From Candidatus Latescibacterota bacterium (lineage in GTDB: Bacteria; Latescibacterota; UBA2968; UBA8231), in the NCBI GenBank assembly GCA_965205655.1, contig CBDBIJ010000091.1, forward strand, positions 23,593 to 87,592: DNA of 64,000 nucleotides, given 5' to 3'. Positions 10,105-19,063 of the stretch are shown in pieces (the first letter of the stretch is position 1; every line of letters starts with the position of its first letter). Below the pieces are notes generated by a model, which did no database searches, was not told the origin of the DNA, and was given only the letters and a program-made list of their open reading frames with translations. The translations under genes and the position numbers were made by a program.

Positions 10105-11642
10105 CGAGACGGGTTCTTAGCCTCGCCGGCCTCGTGCTGACAGTTGTCGCCGGCTGCAGCACGGGCGAAGTGGAGGCGCCGCCAGCTAGCGGAGCGGTCC
10201 CGGCCAGCGAAGCCCGCAAGGAAGAGAGCCAGGTCGTGGCGCAGGTGAATGACGCCGTCATTACGCTCTCCGATTTCCGACGATCCTTGGCGCGAGCGCC
10301 CGGAGGACGCGCAGAGCTCTCCCCGCAGCGGTACCTGCAGGCCCTCATCGACGAGGAATTGCTCGTCCAGGAAGCCGAGCGCCGCCGCCTGGGCCAAGCC
10401 ACCGATCTCGAGCAGTCGCTTCACAGGGAGACGCGGCTGCTGGCTCTGCGGGAGTTGTATAGCCGTGAAGGCATCTCGCTGGACCCGCCCACGGATGAGG
10501 AAATGCGGGCGTATTTCGAGTCGAGTCCATACAGGCAGCGGGTCCGCTTCAGCGCCCTGATGGTCAGCAGCGCCGAGCAGATTCCGGCGATTCTGGAAGA
10601 GCTCGAGAGCGGAGCCGAATTCGAGGCTGTGTCGATGAAGTTTTCACAGGACAGTCGAATCCTCGCCCGAAATGCCGATATGGGGTTCCACCGGTGGGCA
10701 ACGACGAGCCCGGCGTACCGACCAGTGGCGGACATGGCCTTCTCCACTGCCCCCGGCGAGATCGGCGGACCGCTCGAGGCGGCTGATGGGCATTTCCTCA
10801 TCAAGGTTACGGAGGTGCGGCCCGTCAGTTTCGAGGTCGAGCGCGACGCCATCGAAAGGCTGATGGTCGAGGAGCGACTGGCCCGCCCCCTGGCGGACTA
10901 CTACGACAGGCTGCGACAGGAATACGACCTGCAGATCGATGAAGACGGGCTGGCCGCCCTGGCGGCAGAGCTCGTGGACCCGTCAGCGTCGAGTCAGCAC
11001 CACGGGCACCACGGGGGCGGGCATAGCAGCGGTCATCACGAGGGACATGTGCAGATGTCGATGACGGCTTCAGACGACGACGACCCCTCCGCAATCGTGG
11101 TGACATTTCGCGGCGACAGTCTGAGCTTGGCCCAGTGCCGCACTCTGCTCAGAAAATCCCGAAAAGGGGCCTATCCGACAATCGAGGCACTTCGGAATCA
11201 TCTGACGCAGGTCGCTAGTCGCGAGGCGCTCGCCGTTCACGAGATTCTGCGCCTGGAGCTGCTCCAAACGGCGAATGTGCAGGACGGCCTCGCCCGAGCG
11301 CGCAGGAGACTCCTGTTGCGTCGAATGCGAGAGAAGTTGACGGCCGATGCCGCCCCCGCCGACGAAAACAAGGAGCAGCTCTATTACGAGATCCACCGGG
11401 AGCGATATCTCGTGTCTGGAGAGGAGCCGGGTCTCGAGGCGGTCCTTGAGCGGGTGAGGGCGGACTACCTGCGAGACATGCGGGAGAAGCTGTTTCAGCT
11501 GGCCCTGGGCCGCCTGAGGAAACGTTACGAAAACGGCATCGTCGTGTACGACGACCTCCTTCAACAGGGGGCTGATCTCTGGCGCCAGGAGACCGACGAT
11601 GAGCGTGGTGTTCCCTTTGACCAGCTGGGGTCAGATAAGTAG
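10101..11642 (+). CDS. Parvulin (PpiC) lipoprotein with His-rich insert
   Basis: Lipobox VAGC; VVAQVND..IT; GAEFEAVSMKFSQD...DMGF; HHGHHGGGHSSGHHEGH insert; ATGA overlap with the TPR gene. Confidence 0.82.
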   Translation: MTRRVLSLAGLVLTVVAGCSTGEVEAPPASGAVPASEARKEESQVVAQVNDAVITLSDFRRSLARAPGGRAELSPQRYLQALIDEELLVQEAERRRLGQATDLEQSLHRETRLLALRELYSREGISLDPPTDEEMRAYFESSPYRQRVRFSALMVSSAEQIPAILEELESGAEFEAVSMKFSQDSRILARNADMGFHRWATTSPAYRPVADMAFSTAPGEIGGPLEAADGHFLIKVTEVRPVSFEVERDAIERLMVEERLARPLADYYDRLRQEYDLQIDEDGLAALAAELVDPSASSQHHGHHGGGHSSGHHEGHVQMSMTASDDDDPSAIVVTFRGDSLSLAQCRTLLRKSRKGAYPTIEALRNHLTQVASREALAVHEILRLELLQTANVQDGLARARRRLLLRRMREKLTADAAPADENKEQLYYEIHRERYLVSGEEPGLEAVLERVRADYLRDMREKLFQLALGRLRKRYENGIVVYDDLLQQGADLWRQETDDERGVPFDQLGSDK

Positions 11643-11691
11643 GTTGCGGAGCAGGGGAAGTAGACCTCAGTCCACGGCAAAGGAGCGGCTT

Positions 11692-14145
11692 GTGAAAGCT
11701 CTGATGAAATGTTGGATTCTCGTCGGTTTTGCCGCCACCGTCGGGGCGGACGAGTTGCGCTTTGATGCAAAGCGTGACTGGGAGAAGTGGCGGCTTCCCC
11801 TCGGCGCGGTGGAACTGGAGCTGAACGGGACCATACGGCCGGTTTCGGTGCAAAAGAACATCAATGCCGTGCTGAATGCCCCGGCTTTCGAGGGGGGCAT
11901 TCGCGAGGCCGGCTCCAACGAGAGCGCCGCTCGATTCGTCATGGACGGGAGGGAGGACACCGGATGGGCGCCGGACCCCGAGGATTCACCCCAGGACTGG
12001 TATATCGAGGTCGACCTGGGCCGCGTCGTCAGCGCCACGGCGATAACATTCGTGTTCGATGAGGCGGCGGAGCCCTTCGAGCTATTCAACGTGCTGCTGT
12101 CGGGCGGCGAGCCCCTGCAGGCGAGCGGCAATATTGCGATCGAGGGCACCCTCGTCTACAAGATCAAGGATATCATCAGGCAGAACAAGCAACACCGAGT
12201 GACCTACGCTCCCGGCGAGGTGCTCGAGTACACGGCGATCCAGGCGGTGCGCATCGAGGTTCTCGACTTCGAGCCCGGTGGCAGGCTGATGGAGGTGGAA
12301 GTCAACGCCATCGGGCACAATGTGGCTCTGCACATGGTGCCGAACAACGGCAGCGCCCAGATGATCCTCGATCCCGATGTGACAAAGGAGGAAATAGCGG
12401 TTGCCAACGTGCTGCCGCTGGTGGATGGGGCGGTGTTCACCCGCTTTCTCGACAAGCGCGAAGCGAAATATTCGTATGACACGTGGTGGGATTTTACGGT
12501 CGATCTGGGCGCGACTTACTGGCTGGACCAGGTGAGGATGTACGGCTGGACGGCGCTGCGGCCGAACCACACCGGTAGATATTCGGTCAGAGATAGAGAG
12601 GGGAACCTCATTCTCGTAGGCGACGGCACCACGACCCAGGTCACCAGGGCATTCAACATCGGGTCACAGGAGCTCCGCAACACCATCGATGCCCTGGGGC
12701 GTCGCGATTTTACCCTGAAATTCTATGAAGTGCTCACCTCCGACGGGTCCCTGGCTCCGGATGGCAGTTTCTTATGGACGAAGCACTTCTCCGGTCGAAC
12801 GACCCTTCGAGACCAGCGATTGGGAGTCGCCGACCATCACTTCGATCTGACGCAGGCGCGCCTGTTCCGGATCCGCTGGCTCGCTTGGGACGCGGCTTGC
12901 AGCGATAGATTCAGATTCCTGGCAGCGGGGGCTCAGGGCAATGCGCAGGGCGGCCCAGAGTGCTACGGGCACGGCACGGCGGATGAGTACCAGGTTTTCG
13001 GGGAGGGTCTTCCCGCGGATGTGGAGATCACGTCCGGACCGATCGAGCTGGGCGGAGACAAGAATCTTATGAGCGTGAGCTGGGAGGCGGAGACACCGCC
13101 GGGCACGCGAGTGGAGATCAGGAGCCGCACCGGGAATCAGATCCGCGTTGACACGAGCGGGTGGTTCGACAACAAGGGAGGCCCGGTCAGCGAGAGGAGA
13201 TGGAACAGTCTGAGGAAGCAGAATCGGGCAGGTGACGTGACGGAGATACGCAACGCCGGCGACGACTGGAGCCCGTGGAGCAACATCTACGCCTCTTCCG
13301 GCCAGCCCTTCCAGTCACCCTCGCCGCGCCGAAAGATGGAGCTCAGCGCCCGTCTGGTGAGTGAATCGCCGCAGACTGCGGCCAGTCTGGACTGGATCGC
13401 GGTGGAGTTCTCGGCGCCCATCGCCGACAGCGCCTTCGGGGAGATCGTCCCGACTCAGGTGGAACCGGGCGAGCTGACCGAGTTTTCGTACTACGTCCGC
13501 CCCATGGGACAGACTCGAGACCTCGACCAGGTAACTGTAGCCGCGCCGGTGCCGATTAAATTCATGGGCGCGTCTATCGGCGGTGAAGCAATGGAGGTGG
13601 GGGAACCGGAAAGTCTCGCCGACGGTTTCCAGATCACTTTTCCCCAGACGGTCCGACGGAATCAGGTCGTCGAGGTGCGTTTCGAATCCTCTGTGTTCGT
13701 CCAGGGTACGCGGTTCGAGGCGTTTCTGGGCGACAGCAGTCGCGAGACGGTCAGACAGCGGGTGGATCCCGGTGACGCCAACAGAGTAGTCGATAGCAGC
13801 ACGAATGTCGTCAGACTGCCAGTCACTGGCGACCTCATTTCGGACTTGCTCGTCGAGCCGCAGGTCCTCACTCCGAACGGCGACGGAATCAACGACGAGC
13901 TCGAGCTCACCTTCTTCGTGGCGAATGTGCTGAGTCCGCGCTCGATGCGCTTGCGGGTGTTCGACCTGTCCGGGCGCCTCGTTCACGAAGAGGACAGAGA
14001 CGCGCTAGCCGGCCAGCAGACATTCGTCTGGGACGGCAGCGGCGGCGGCGCGGTGGTGGCGCCCGGTGTGTACCTGCTGGAGCTCCGCATGGCCGGCGAT
14101 GCCCGCGACGACGAGTTGCACCGACTCATCCCAGTGGCGTACTGA
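11692..14145 (+). CDS. Secreted double discoidin-like protein with FlgD-Ig/TPNGDG C-terminal domain, copy 1
   Basis: GTG at 11692 after AGGAG; signal peptide; two VDLG discoidin-like units; WSPWS; LTPNGDGIND...WDG...PGVY...IPVAY. Confidence 0.82.
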   Translation: MKALMKCWILVGFAATVGADELRFDAKRDWEKWRLPLGAVELELNGTIRPVSVQKNINAVLNAPAFEGGIREAGSNESAARFVMDGREDTGWAPDPEDSPQDWYIEVDLGRVVSATAITFVFDEAAEPFELFNVLLSGGEPLQASGNIAIEGTLVYKIKDIIRQNKQHRVTYAPGEVLEYTAIQAVRIEVLDFEPGGRLMEVEVNAIGHNVALHMVPNNGSAQMILDPDVTKEEIAVANVLPLVDGAVFTRFLDKREAKYSYDTWWDFTVDLGATYWLDQVRMYGWTALRPNHTGRYSVRDREGNLILVGDGTTTQVTRAFNIGSQELRNTIDALGRRDFTLKFYEVLTSDGSLAPDGSFLWTKHFSGRTTLRDQRLGVADHHFDLTQARLFRIRWLAWDAACSDRFRFLAAGAQGNAQGGPECYGHGTADEYQVFGEGLPADVEITSGPIELGGDKNLMSVSWEAETPPGTRVEIRSRTGNQIRVDTSGWFDNKGGPVSERRWNSLRKQNRAGDVTEIRNAGDDWSPWSNIYASSGQPFQSPSPRRKMELSARLVSESPQTAASLDWIAVEFSAPIADSAFGEIVPTQVEPGELTEFSYYVRPMGQTRDLDQVTVAAPVPIKFMGASIGGEAMEVGEPESLADGFQITFPQTVRRNQVVEVRFESSVFVQGTRFEAFLGDSSRETVRQRVDPGDANRVVDSSTNVVRLPVTGDLISDLLVEPQVLTPNGDGINDELELTFFVANVLSPRSMRLRVFDLSGRLVHEEDRDALAGQQTFVWDGSGGGAVVAPGVYLLELRMAGDARDDELHRLIPVAY

Positions 14146-14260
14146 TCAGATCTCGCAACCCTCGATGCTCCGCCAGCGGGGCTGGTTCATCCCCCTTCCT
14201 CGTTCATCGTCAAATCAGCTCGACCGCAACTCTGACGGGTAATCGGGGTCGCAGTGTGAC

Positions 14261-14336
14261 ATGAGCGCCAAGCCGTCCTGGTCGGGGCCATCAGCATTCA
14301 TTGTCTGCCCGTGGGCCATACTCGCGGTCAAAGGGC
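14261..14336 (+). pseudogene. Decayed 5' fragment of the DUF6785 gene at 17088
   Basis: ATGAGCGCCAAGCCGTCCT...GTCGGGGCCATCAGCATT...TGGGCCAT...GTCAAAGGGC matches 17088-17198, with a 40-bp deletion between AGCCGTCCT repeats and small indels. Confidence 0.85.
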
Positions 14337-14475
14337 CCCTCGGTCGCCTGAGGAAACGTTACGAGAGCGGATCGTCGTGTACGACAACCGCCTACAACAG
14401 GCGGCAGATTTAAGGCGCCAGGAGACCGCTGATGAGCCGGGTGCTCTCTTTGACCAGCTGGGGTCAAATAAGTAG
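14337..14475 (+). pseudogene. Decayed 3' fragment of the parvulin gene 10101..11642
   Basis: CGCCTGAGGAAACGTTACGA...GGCGCCAGGAGACCG...TTTGACCAGCTGGGGTCA.ATAAGTAG matches 11511-11642. Confidence 0.85.
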
Positions 14476-14525
14476 GTTGCAGAAAGGGGAAGTAGACCGG
14501 GCCCACTATGCCGGAGGAGCGGACA

Positions 14526-16979
14526 GTGAAAGCTCTGAAGAAATACTGGATTCTCGTTTGTCTTCCCGCCCTCGCCGGGGCGGACGAGTTGCGCTTTGAT
14601 GCAAAGCGTGACTGGGAGAAGTGGCGGCTTCCCCTCGGCGCGGTGGAACTGGAGCTGAACGGGACCATACGGCCGGTTTCGGTGCAAAAGAACATCAATG
14701 CCGTGCTGAATGCCCCGGCTTTCGAGGGGGGCATTCGCGAGGCCGGCTCTAACGAGAGCGCCGCCCGCTTCGTAATGGACGGGAGGGAGGATACGGGATG
14801 GGCACCGGACCCCGAGGATCCACCTCGGGACTGGTATATCGAGGTCGACATGGGCCGCGTCGTGAGCGCCACGGCGATAACCTTCGTGTTCGATGAAGAA
14901 GCAGAGCCGTTCGAGCTGTTCAACGTGCTGCTGTCTGGCGGCGAGCCCCTGCAGGCGAGCGGCAATATTGCGATCGAGGGCACCCTCGTCTACAAGATCA
15001 AGGATATCATCAGGCAGAACAAACAGCACCGCGTGACCTACGCTCCCGGCGAGGTGCTCGAGTACACGGCAATCAGGGCAGTGCGCATCGAGGTTCTCGA
15101 CTTCGAGCCCGGTGGCAGGCTGATGGAGGTGGAAGTCAACGCCATCGGGCACAATGTGGCTCTGCACATGAAGCCGAACAACGGCAGCGCCCAGATGATC
15201 CTCGATCCCGATGTGTCAAATGAAGAAATAGCGGTTGCCAACGTGCTGCCGCTGGTGGATGGGGCGGTGTTCACCCGCTTTCTCGACAAGCGCGAAGCGA
15301 GGTACTCGTATGACACGTGGTGGGATTTTACGGTCGATCTGGGCGCGACTTACTGGCTGGACCAGGTGAGGATGTACGGCTGGACAGCGCTGCGGCCGAA
15401 CCACACCGGTAGATATTCGGTCAGAGATAGAGAGGGGAACCTCATTCTCGTAGGCGACGGCTCCACGACCCAGGTCACCAGGGCATTCAACATCGGGTCG
15501 CAGGAGCTCCGCAACACCATCGATGCCCTGGGGCGTCGCGATTTTACCCTGAAATTCTATGAAGTGCTCACCTCCGACGGGTCCCTGGCTCCGGATGGCA
15601 GTTTCTTATGGACGAAGCACTTCTCCGGTCGAAGGACCCTCCGAGACCAGCGATTGGGAGTCGTCGACCATCACTTCGATCTGACGCAGGCGCGCCTGTT
15701 CCGGATCCGCTGGCTCGCTTGGGACGCGGCTTGCAACGACAGATTCAGATTCGGGGCAGCGGGGTCGCAGGGCCTTACACAGGGGTTCGGAACGTGCTAC
15801 GGGCATGGCACGGCGGATGAATACCAGGTTTTCGGGGAGGGCCTCCCCGCGGATGTGGAGCTCACATCCGGACCGATCGAGCTGGGTGGAGACAAGAATC
15901 TCATGAGCGTGAGCTGGGAGGCGGAAACGCCGCCGGGCACGCGGGTGGAGATCAGGAGCCGCACCGGGAATCATATGCGCGTGGACACGACCGCGTGGTT
16001 CGACAACAAGGGAGAACCGGTCAGTCAGAGGAGATGGAACAGTCTGAGGAAGCAAAATCGGGCGGGTGACGTGACGGAGATACGCAACGCCGGCGATGAC
16101 TGGAGCCCGTGGAGCAACATCTACACCGCTTCCGGCCAGGCCTTCCAGTCACCCTCGCCGCGTGAGGCCATGGAGTTGAGCGCCCGTCTGGTGAGCGAAT
16201 CGCCCCTGACCGCGGCCAGTCTGGACTGGATCGCGGTGGAGTTCTCGGCACCCATCGCCAGGAGCGTCTTTGGGGAGATCGTCCCGACTCAGGTGCAACC
16301 GGGCGAGCTGACCGAATTTTCGTACTACGTCCGCCCCATGGGATCAACGCAACAGCTCGACCAGGTAACGGTTGCCGCGCCAGTGCCGGTTCGATTCATG
16401 GGGGCGTCCATCGGCGGTGAAGCTGTTGAGGTAGGGGAACCTGACAGTCTCGACGACGGCTTCCGGATAACGTTTCCGCGGACGGTGCTAGAGAATCAAC
16501 TCGTGGAGGTGCGATTCGAATCGTCCGTGTTCGTGCAGGGTACGCGCTTCGAGGCGTTTCTGGGCGATAGCAAGCGCGAGGCGGTCAGACAGCGGGTGGA
16601 TCCCGGTGACGCCAATAGGCAGGTCGAGAGCAGCACGAATGTCGTGAGGCTTCCCGTCAGCGACGACCTCATTTCAGATCTGCGCGTCGAGCCACAAGTC
16701 CTCACCCCGAACGGAGACGGGATCAACGACGAGCTCGAGCTCACGTTCTTCGTGGCAAATGTGTTGAGCCCGCGCCCGATGCGATTGCGGGTGTTCGATT
16801 TGTCCGGACGCCTCGTTCACGAGGAGGACAGAGATGCGATCGCCGGCGAGCAGACGTTCGTCTGGGACGGCAGCACCGGCGGCACAGCGGTGGCGCCCGG
16901 AGTCTACCTGCTGGAGCTCAGCCTGGCCGGCGATGCTCGCGACGACGTGTCGCACCGACTCCTGCCCGTGGCTTACTGA
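14526..16979 (+). CDS. Secreted double discoidin-like protein with FlgD-Ig/TPNGDG C-terminal domain, copy 2
   Basis: GTG at 14526 after GGAGGAG; colinear, same-length paralog of 11692..14145; ends LLPVAY. Confidence 0.82.
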   Translation: MKALKKYWILVCLPALAGADELRFDAKRDWEKWRLPLGAVELELNGTIRPVSVQKNINAVLNAPAFEGGIREAGSNESAARFVMDGREDTGWAPDPEDPPRDWYIEVDMGRVVSATAITFVFDEEAEPFELFNVLLSGGEPLQASGNIAIEGTLVYKIKDIIRQNKQHRVTYAPGEVLEYTAIRAVRIEVLDFEPGGRLMEVEVNAIGHNVALHMKPNNGSAQMILDPDVSNEEIAVANVLPLVDGAVFTRFLDKREARYSYDTWWDFTVDLGATYWLDQVRMYGWTALRPNHTGRYSVRDREGNLILVGDGSTTQVTRAFNIGSQELRNTIDALGRRDFTLKFYEVLTSDGSLAPDGSFLWTKHFSGRRTLRDQRLGVVDHHFDLTQARLFRIRWLAWDAACNDRFRFGAAGSQGLTQGFGTCYGHGTADEYQVFGEGLPADVELTSGPIELGGDKNLMSVSWEAETPPGTRVEIRSRTGNHMRVDTTAWFDNKGEPVSQRRWNSLRKQNRAGDVTEIRNAGDDWSPWSNIYTASGQAFQSPSPREAMELSARLVSESPLTAASLDWIAVEFSAPIARSVFGEIVPTQVQPGELTEFSYYVRPMGSTQQLDQVTVAAPVPVRFMGASIGGEAVEVGEPDSLDDGFRITFPRTVLENQLVEVRFESSVFVQGTRFEAFLGDSKREAVRQRVDPGDANRQVESSTNVVRLPVSDDLISDLRVEPQVLTPNGDGINDELELTFFVANVLSPRPMRLRVFDLSGRLVHEEDRDAIAGEQTFVWDGSTGGTAVAPGVYLLELSLAGDARDDVSHRLLPVAY

Positions 16980-17087
16980 CCGGATCAGCCTGCCCTCGAT
17001 TTCCAGCCCGGCGGGCTGGTTCATCCCCTTCGTCATCCATCGTCGTCTCAACCGCAGCTCTGATGGCAGCTCGGGTCGCGGTGTGAC

Positions 17088-19025
17088 ATGAGCGCCAAGC
17101 CGTCCTCCGGGGTGTCCTGGCCGGCAGTCCTGACAGGAGCCGTCCTCGTCGGGGCCATCAGCATTATCTGCCCTTGGGCCATCCTCGTGGTCAAGGGCTC
17201 GCAGTTCGCCGGCAACGCCCTGCCCGTCATCGCCGTCATCCTGCTCTTTCTGCTCGTCGCTCTCGTCGTTCCAGCTCTCAAGCTCCTGCGCTCCCGGCTC
17301 GCTTTCTCAAGGGCCGAAATAATCACCATCTACATCATGATGCTCGTGGGAGCGGTGGTGGTCACTGACGGATTCAGCGGCAGCTTTCTCACCGTCATAA
17401 CAGGGGCCGTTTACTACGCCACCCCCGAAAACAGGTGGCTGGAACTCTTCGCTCCCAACATCCACCCCTGGTTGGCGCCCACCGATCGCGATGCGGTGCG
17501 CTGGTTCTACGAGGGACTTCCGGCTGGAATGGCAATCCCGTGGTCGGCGTGGGCGCGACCGCTGGCGGCGTGGCTTCCCTTCATGCTCGTCTTCTACTGG
17601 GTTTTGTTCTGCGTCGGCGTGTTGCTGCGGGGGCAGTGGGTGGAAAACGACAGGCTCGTGTTTCCCCTCACCCGCCTGCCACTGGCCATGACCGAGGATG
17701 CTGACGATGGCGGCAGGCTCGTGGAGCGGCTGTTGAAACACCCGCTGCTGTGGCTGGGATTCTCAGTCCCTTTCCTGTTTCACTCGTGGAATGGGCTCAC
17801 CTTCTACTACGACGGTCTTCAGAAACTATCCGTGGGCGGTGCTCTGCAGCTGCTGAACGGTGAGGTACTCGTACAGTATCGGCTGAATCTCCCCGTCATC
17901 GGATTGGCGTGGCTGATGCCCCTGGGCATCTCCTTCAGCATCTGGTTTTTCCACTCTCTCGGCGTCTTTCAGGATTGGATACTGAAGCGCCTCGGCATCG
18001 TGGTCGGCAGCCTCGACGTGTGGGATTCGGGCGGCTCGCCGATCAGCATTCTGCACGAACAGGCCGGGGCGCTCACGGTGCTGTGCTTTTTCGTGCTGTG
18101 GACGGCGCGCCGGCATCTGAAGGAATTCTGCTGGGCCGCCCTGCGCGGAGAAAGGAGAGAGCGGGAGCCACTATCCCCCAGACTTGCCCTGATCGGGCTG
18201 CCGGTGGGGCTGGTCCTGATGGTGAGCTGGCTGACGATCACCGGCCTCTCGCTCTACGTGGCCGTCCTGCTCGTGGCCGGGTCTCTCGTCGTCTTTATCG
18301 CCCTGTCCCGCATCGTCTGCGAGGTGGGTCTGCCCAGCATCCAATCGCCGATGGTGCCCCAGACCTTCATTACCCGCGGTTTCGGACCGGGTGTGCTGCA
18401 GCTGAAGAACATGACGGGACTGGGCCTGAGCACGGTGTGGATGGGCGACACGGTCACCAACATGATGAACGCGGTGATGCACAGCATGAAGCTCACCTCT
18501 ACGAGGGCAGCGGCTGACCGCCGGTTGCCGCTGGCCATGCTGCTCGCCATCGTCATCGGACTGGCGGGGTCGCTGTGGTGCATCATGACGCTGGCCCATA
18601 CCCACGGCGGCATCAACCTGCAGCCCTGGTGGTTCAGCGCGGCGCCGAGGTGGCCCTTCCGATTCATGGCTTCGGTCTACAACTCACCCGAACCGAGCTT
18701 TGCCCCGCGAGCGCTGTTTACCGCCATCGGGGCGGGAATCATGTCGGCGCTCCTGTTCCTGCGGGCACGCTTCCCCTGGTGGCCCCTCAACCCGATAGGC
18801 TTTCCGATCGCCAAGACGGTGACCATCGTCTACTGGAACTGGCTCGCCATATTCACCGCATGGGTGTTGAAGTTCCTCGTTCTGCGCTACGGCGGCGTCC
18901 GCGTATTTCGCACCCTGACGCCATTTTTCCTTGGTTTGATCCTCGGCGAATTCTCGACAGCCGGTCTGTGGCTCGTCATAGACGGTGTCAACGGCGTCGA
19001 GGGAAATATCATCTTCAGGCAATGA
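17088..19025 (+). CDS. DUF6785/DUF6784-type polytopic membrane protein (putative transporter)
   Basis: Many TM helices; YYATPEN.W; FYEGLP..IPW..W..PL; LRGQWVEN.RL.FPL; WWPLNPIGF; LRYGG...PFFLGLILG. Confidence 0.78.
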   Translation: MSAKPSSGVSWPAVLTGAVLVGAISIICPWAILVVKGSQFAGNALPVIAVILLFLLVALVVPALKLLRSRLAFSRAEIITIYIMMLVGAVVVTDGFSGSFLTVITGAVYYATPENRWLELFAPNIHPWLAPTDRDAVRWFYEGLPAGMAIPWSAWARPLAAWLPFMLVFYWVLFCVGVLLRGQWVENDRLVFPLTRLPLAMTEDADDGGRLVERLLKHPLLWLGFSVPFLFHSWNGLTFYYDGLQKLSVGGALQLLNGEVLVQYRLNLPVIGLAWLMPLGISFSIWFFHSLGVFQDWILKRLGIVVGSLDVWDSGGSPISILHEQAGALTVLCFFVLWTARRHLKEFCWAALRGERREREPLSPRLALIGLPVGLVLMVSWLTITGLSLYVAVLLVAGSLVVFIALSRIVCEVGLPSIQSPMVPQTFITRGFGPGVLQLKNMTGLGLSTVWMGDTVTNMMNAVMHSMKLTSTRAAADRRLPLAMLLAIVIGLAGSLWCIMTLAHTHGGINLQPWWFSAAPRWPFRFMASVYNSPEPSFAPRALFTAIGAGIMSALLFLRARFPWWPLNPIGFPIAKTVTIVYWNWLAIFTAWVLKFLVLRYGGVRVFRTLTPFFLGLILGEFSTAGLWLVIDGVNGVEGNIIFRQ

Positions 19026-19063
19026 TCTCGCGGGGATAGAGTGTTGGAGATCCACGGAGCAAG

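Larger units (their letters stand above)
11507..17198 (+). repeat. Tandem duplication, about 2,834-bp unit (about 11507-14336 and 14337-17198)
   Basis: Starts (11692/14526) and stops (14145/16979) are both offset by exactly 2,834 bp. The flanking intergenic DNA is also duplicated. Confidence 0.92.

Noticed and set aside
11692..16979. Diversity-generating retroelement (template/variable repeat pair)
   Set aside because: Differences between the copies are not adenine-specific, both copies are full genes, and no reverse transcriptase is present in the window.
17003..17024. Hairpin CCAGCCC/GGGCTGG as a terminator
   Set aside because: Followed only by TTCAT and degenerate in the duplicated copy; too weak to call.
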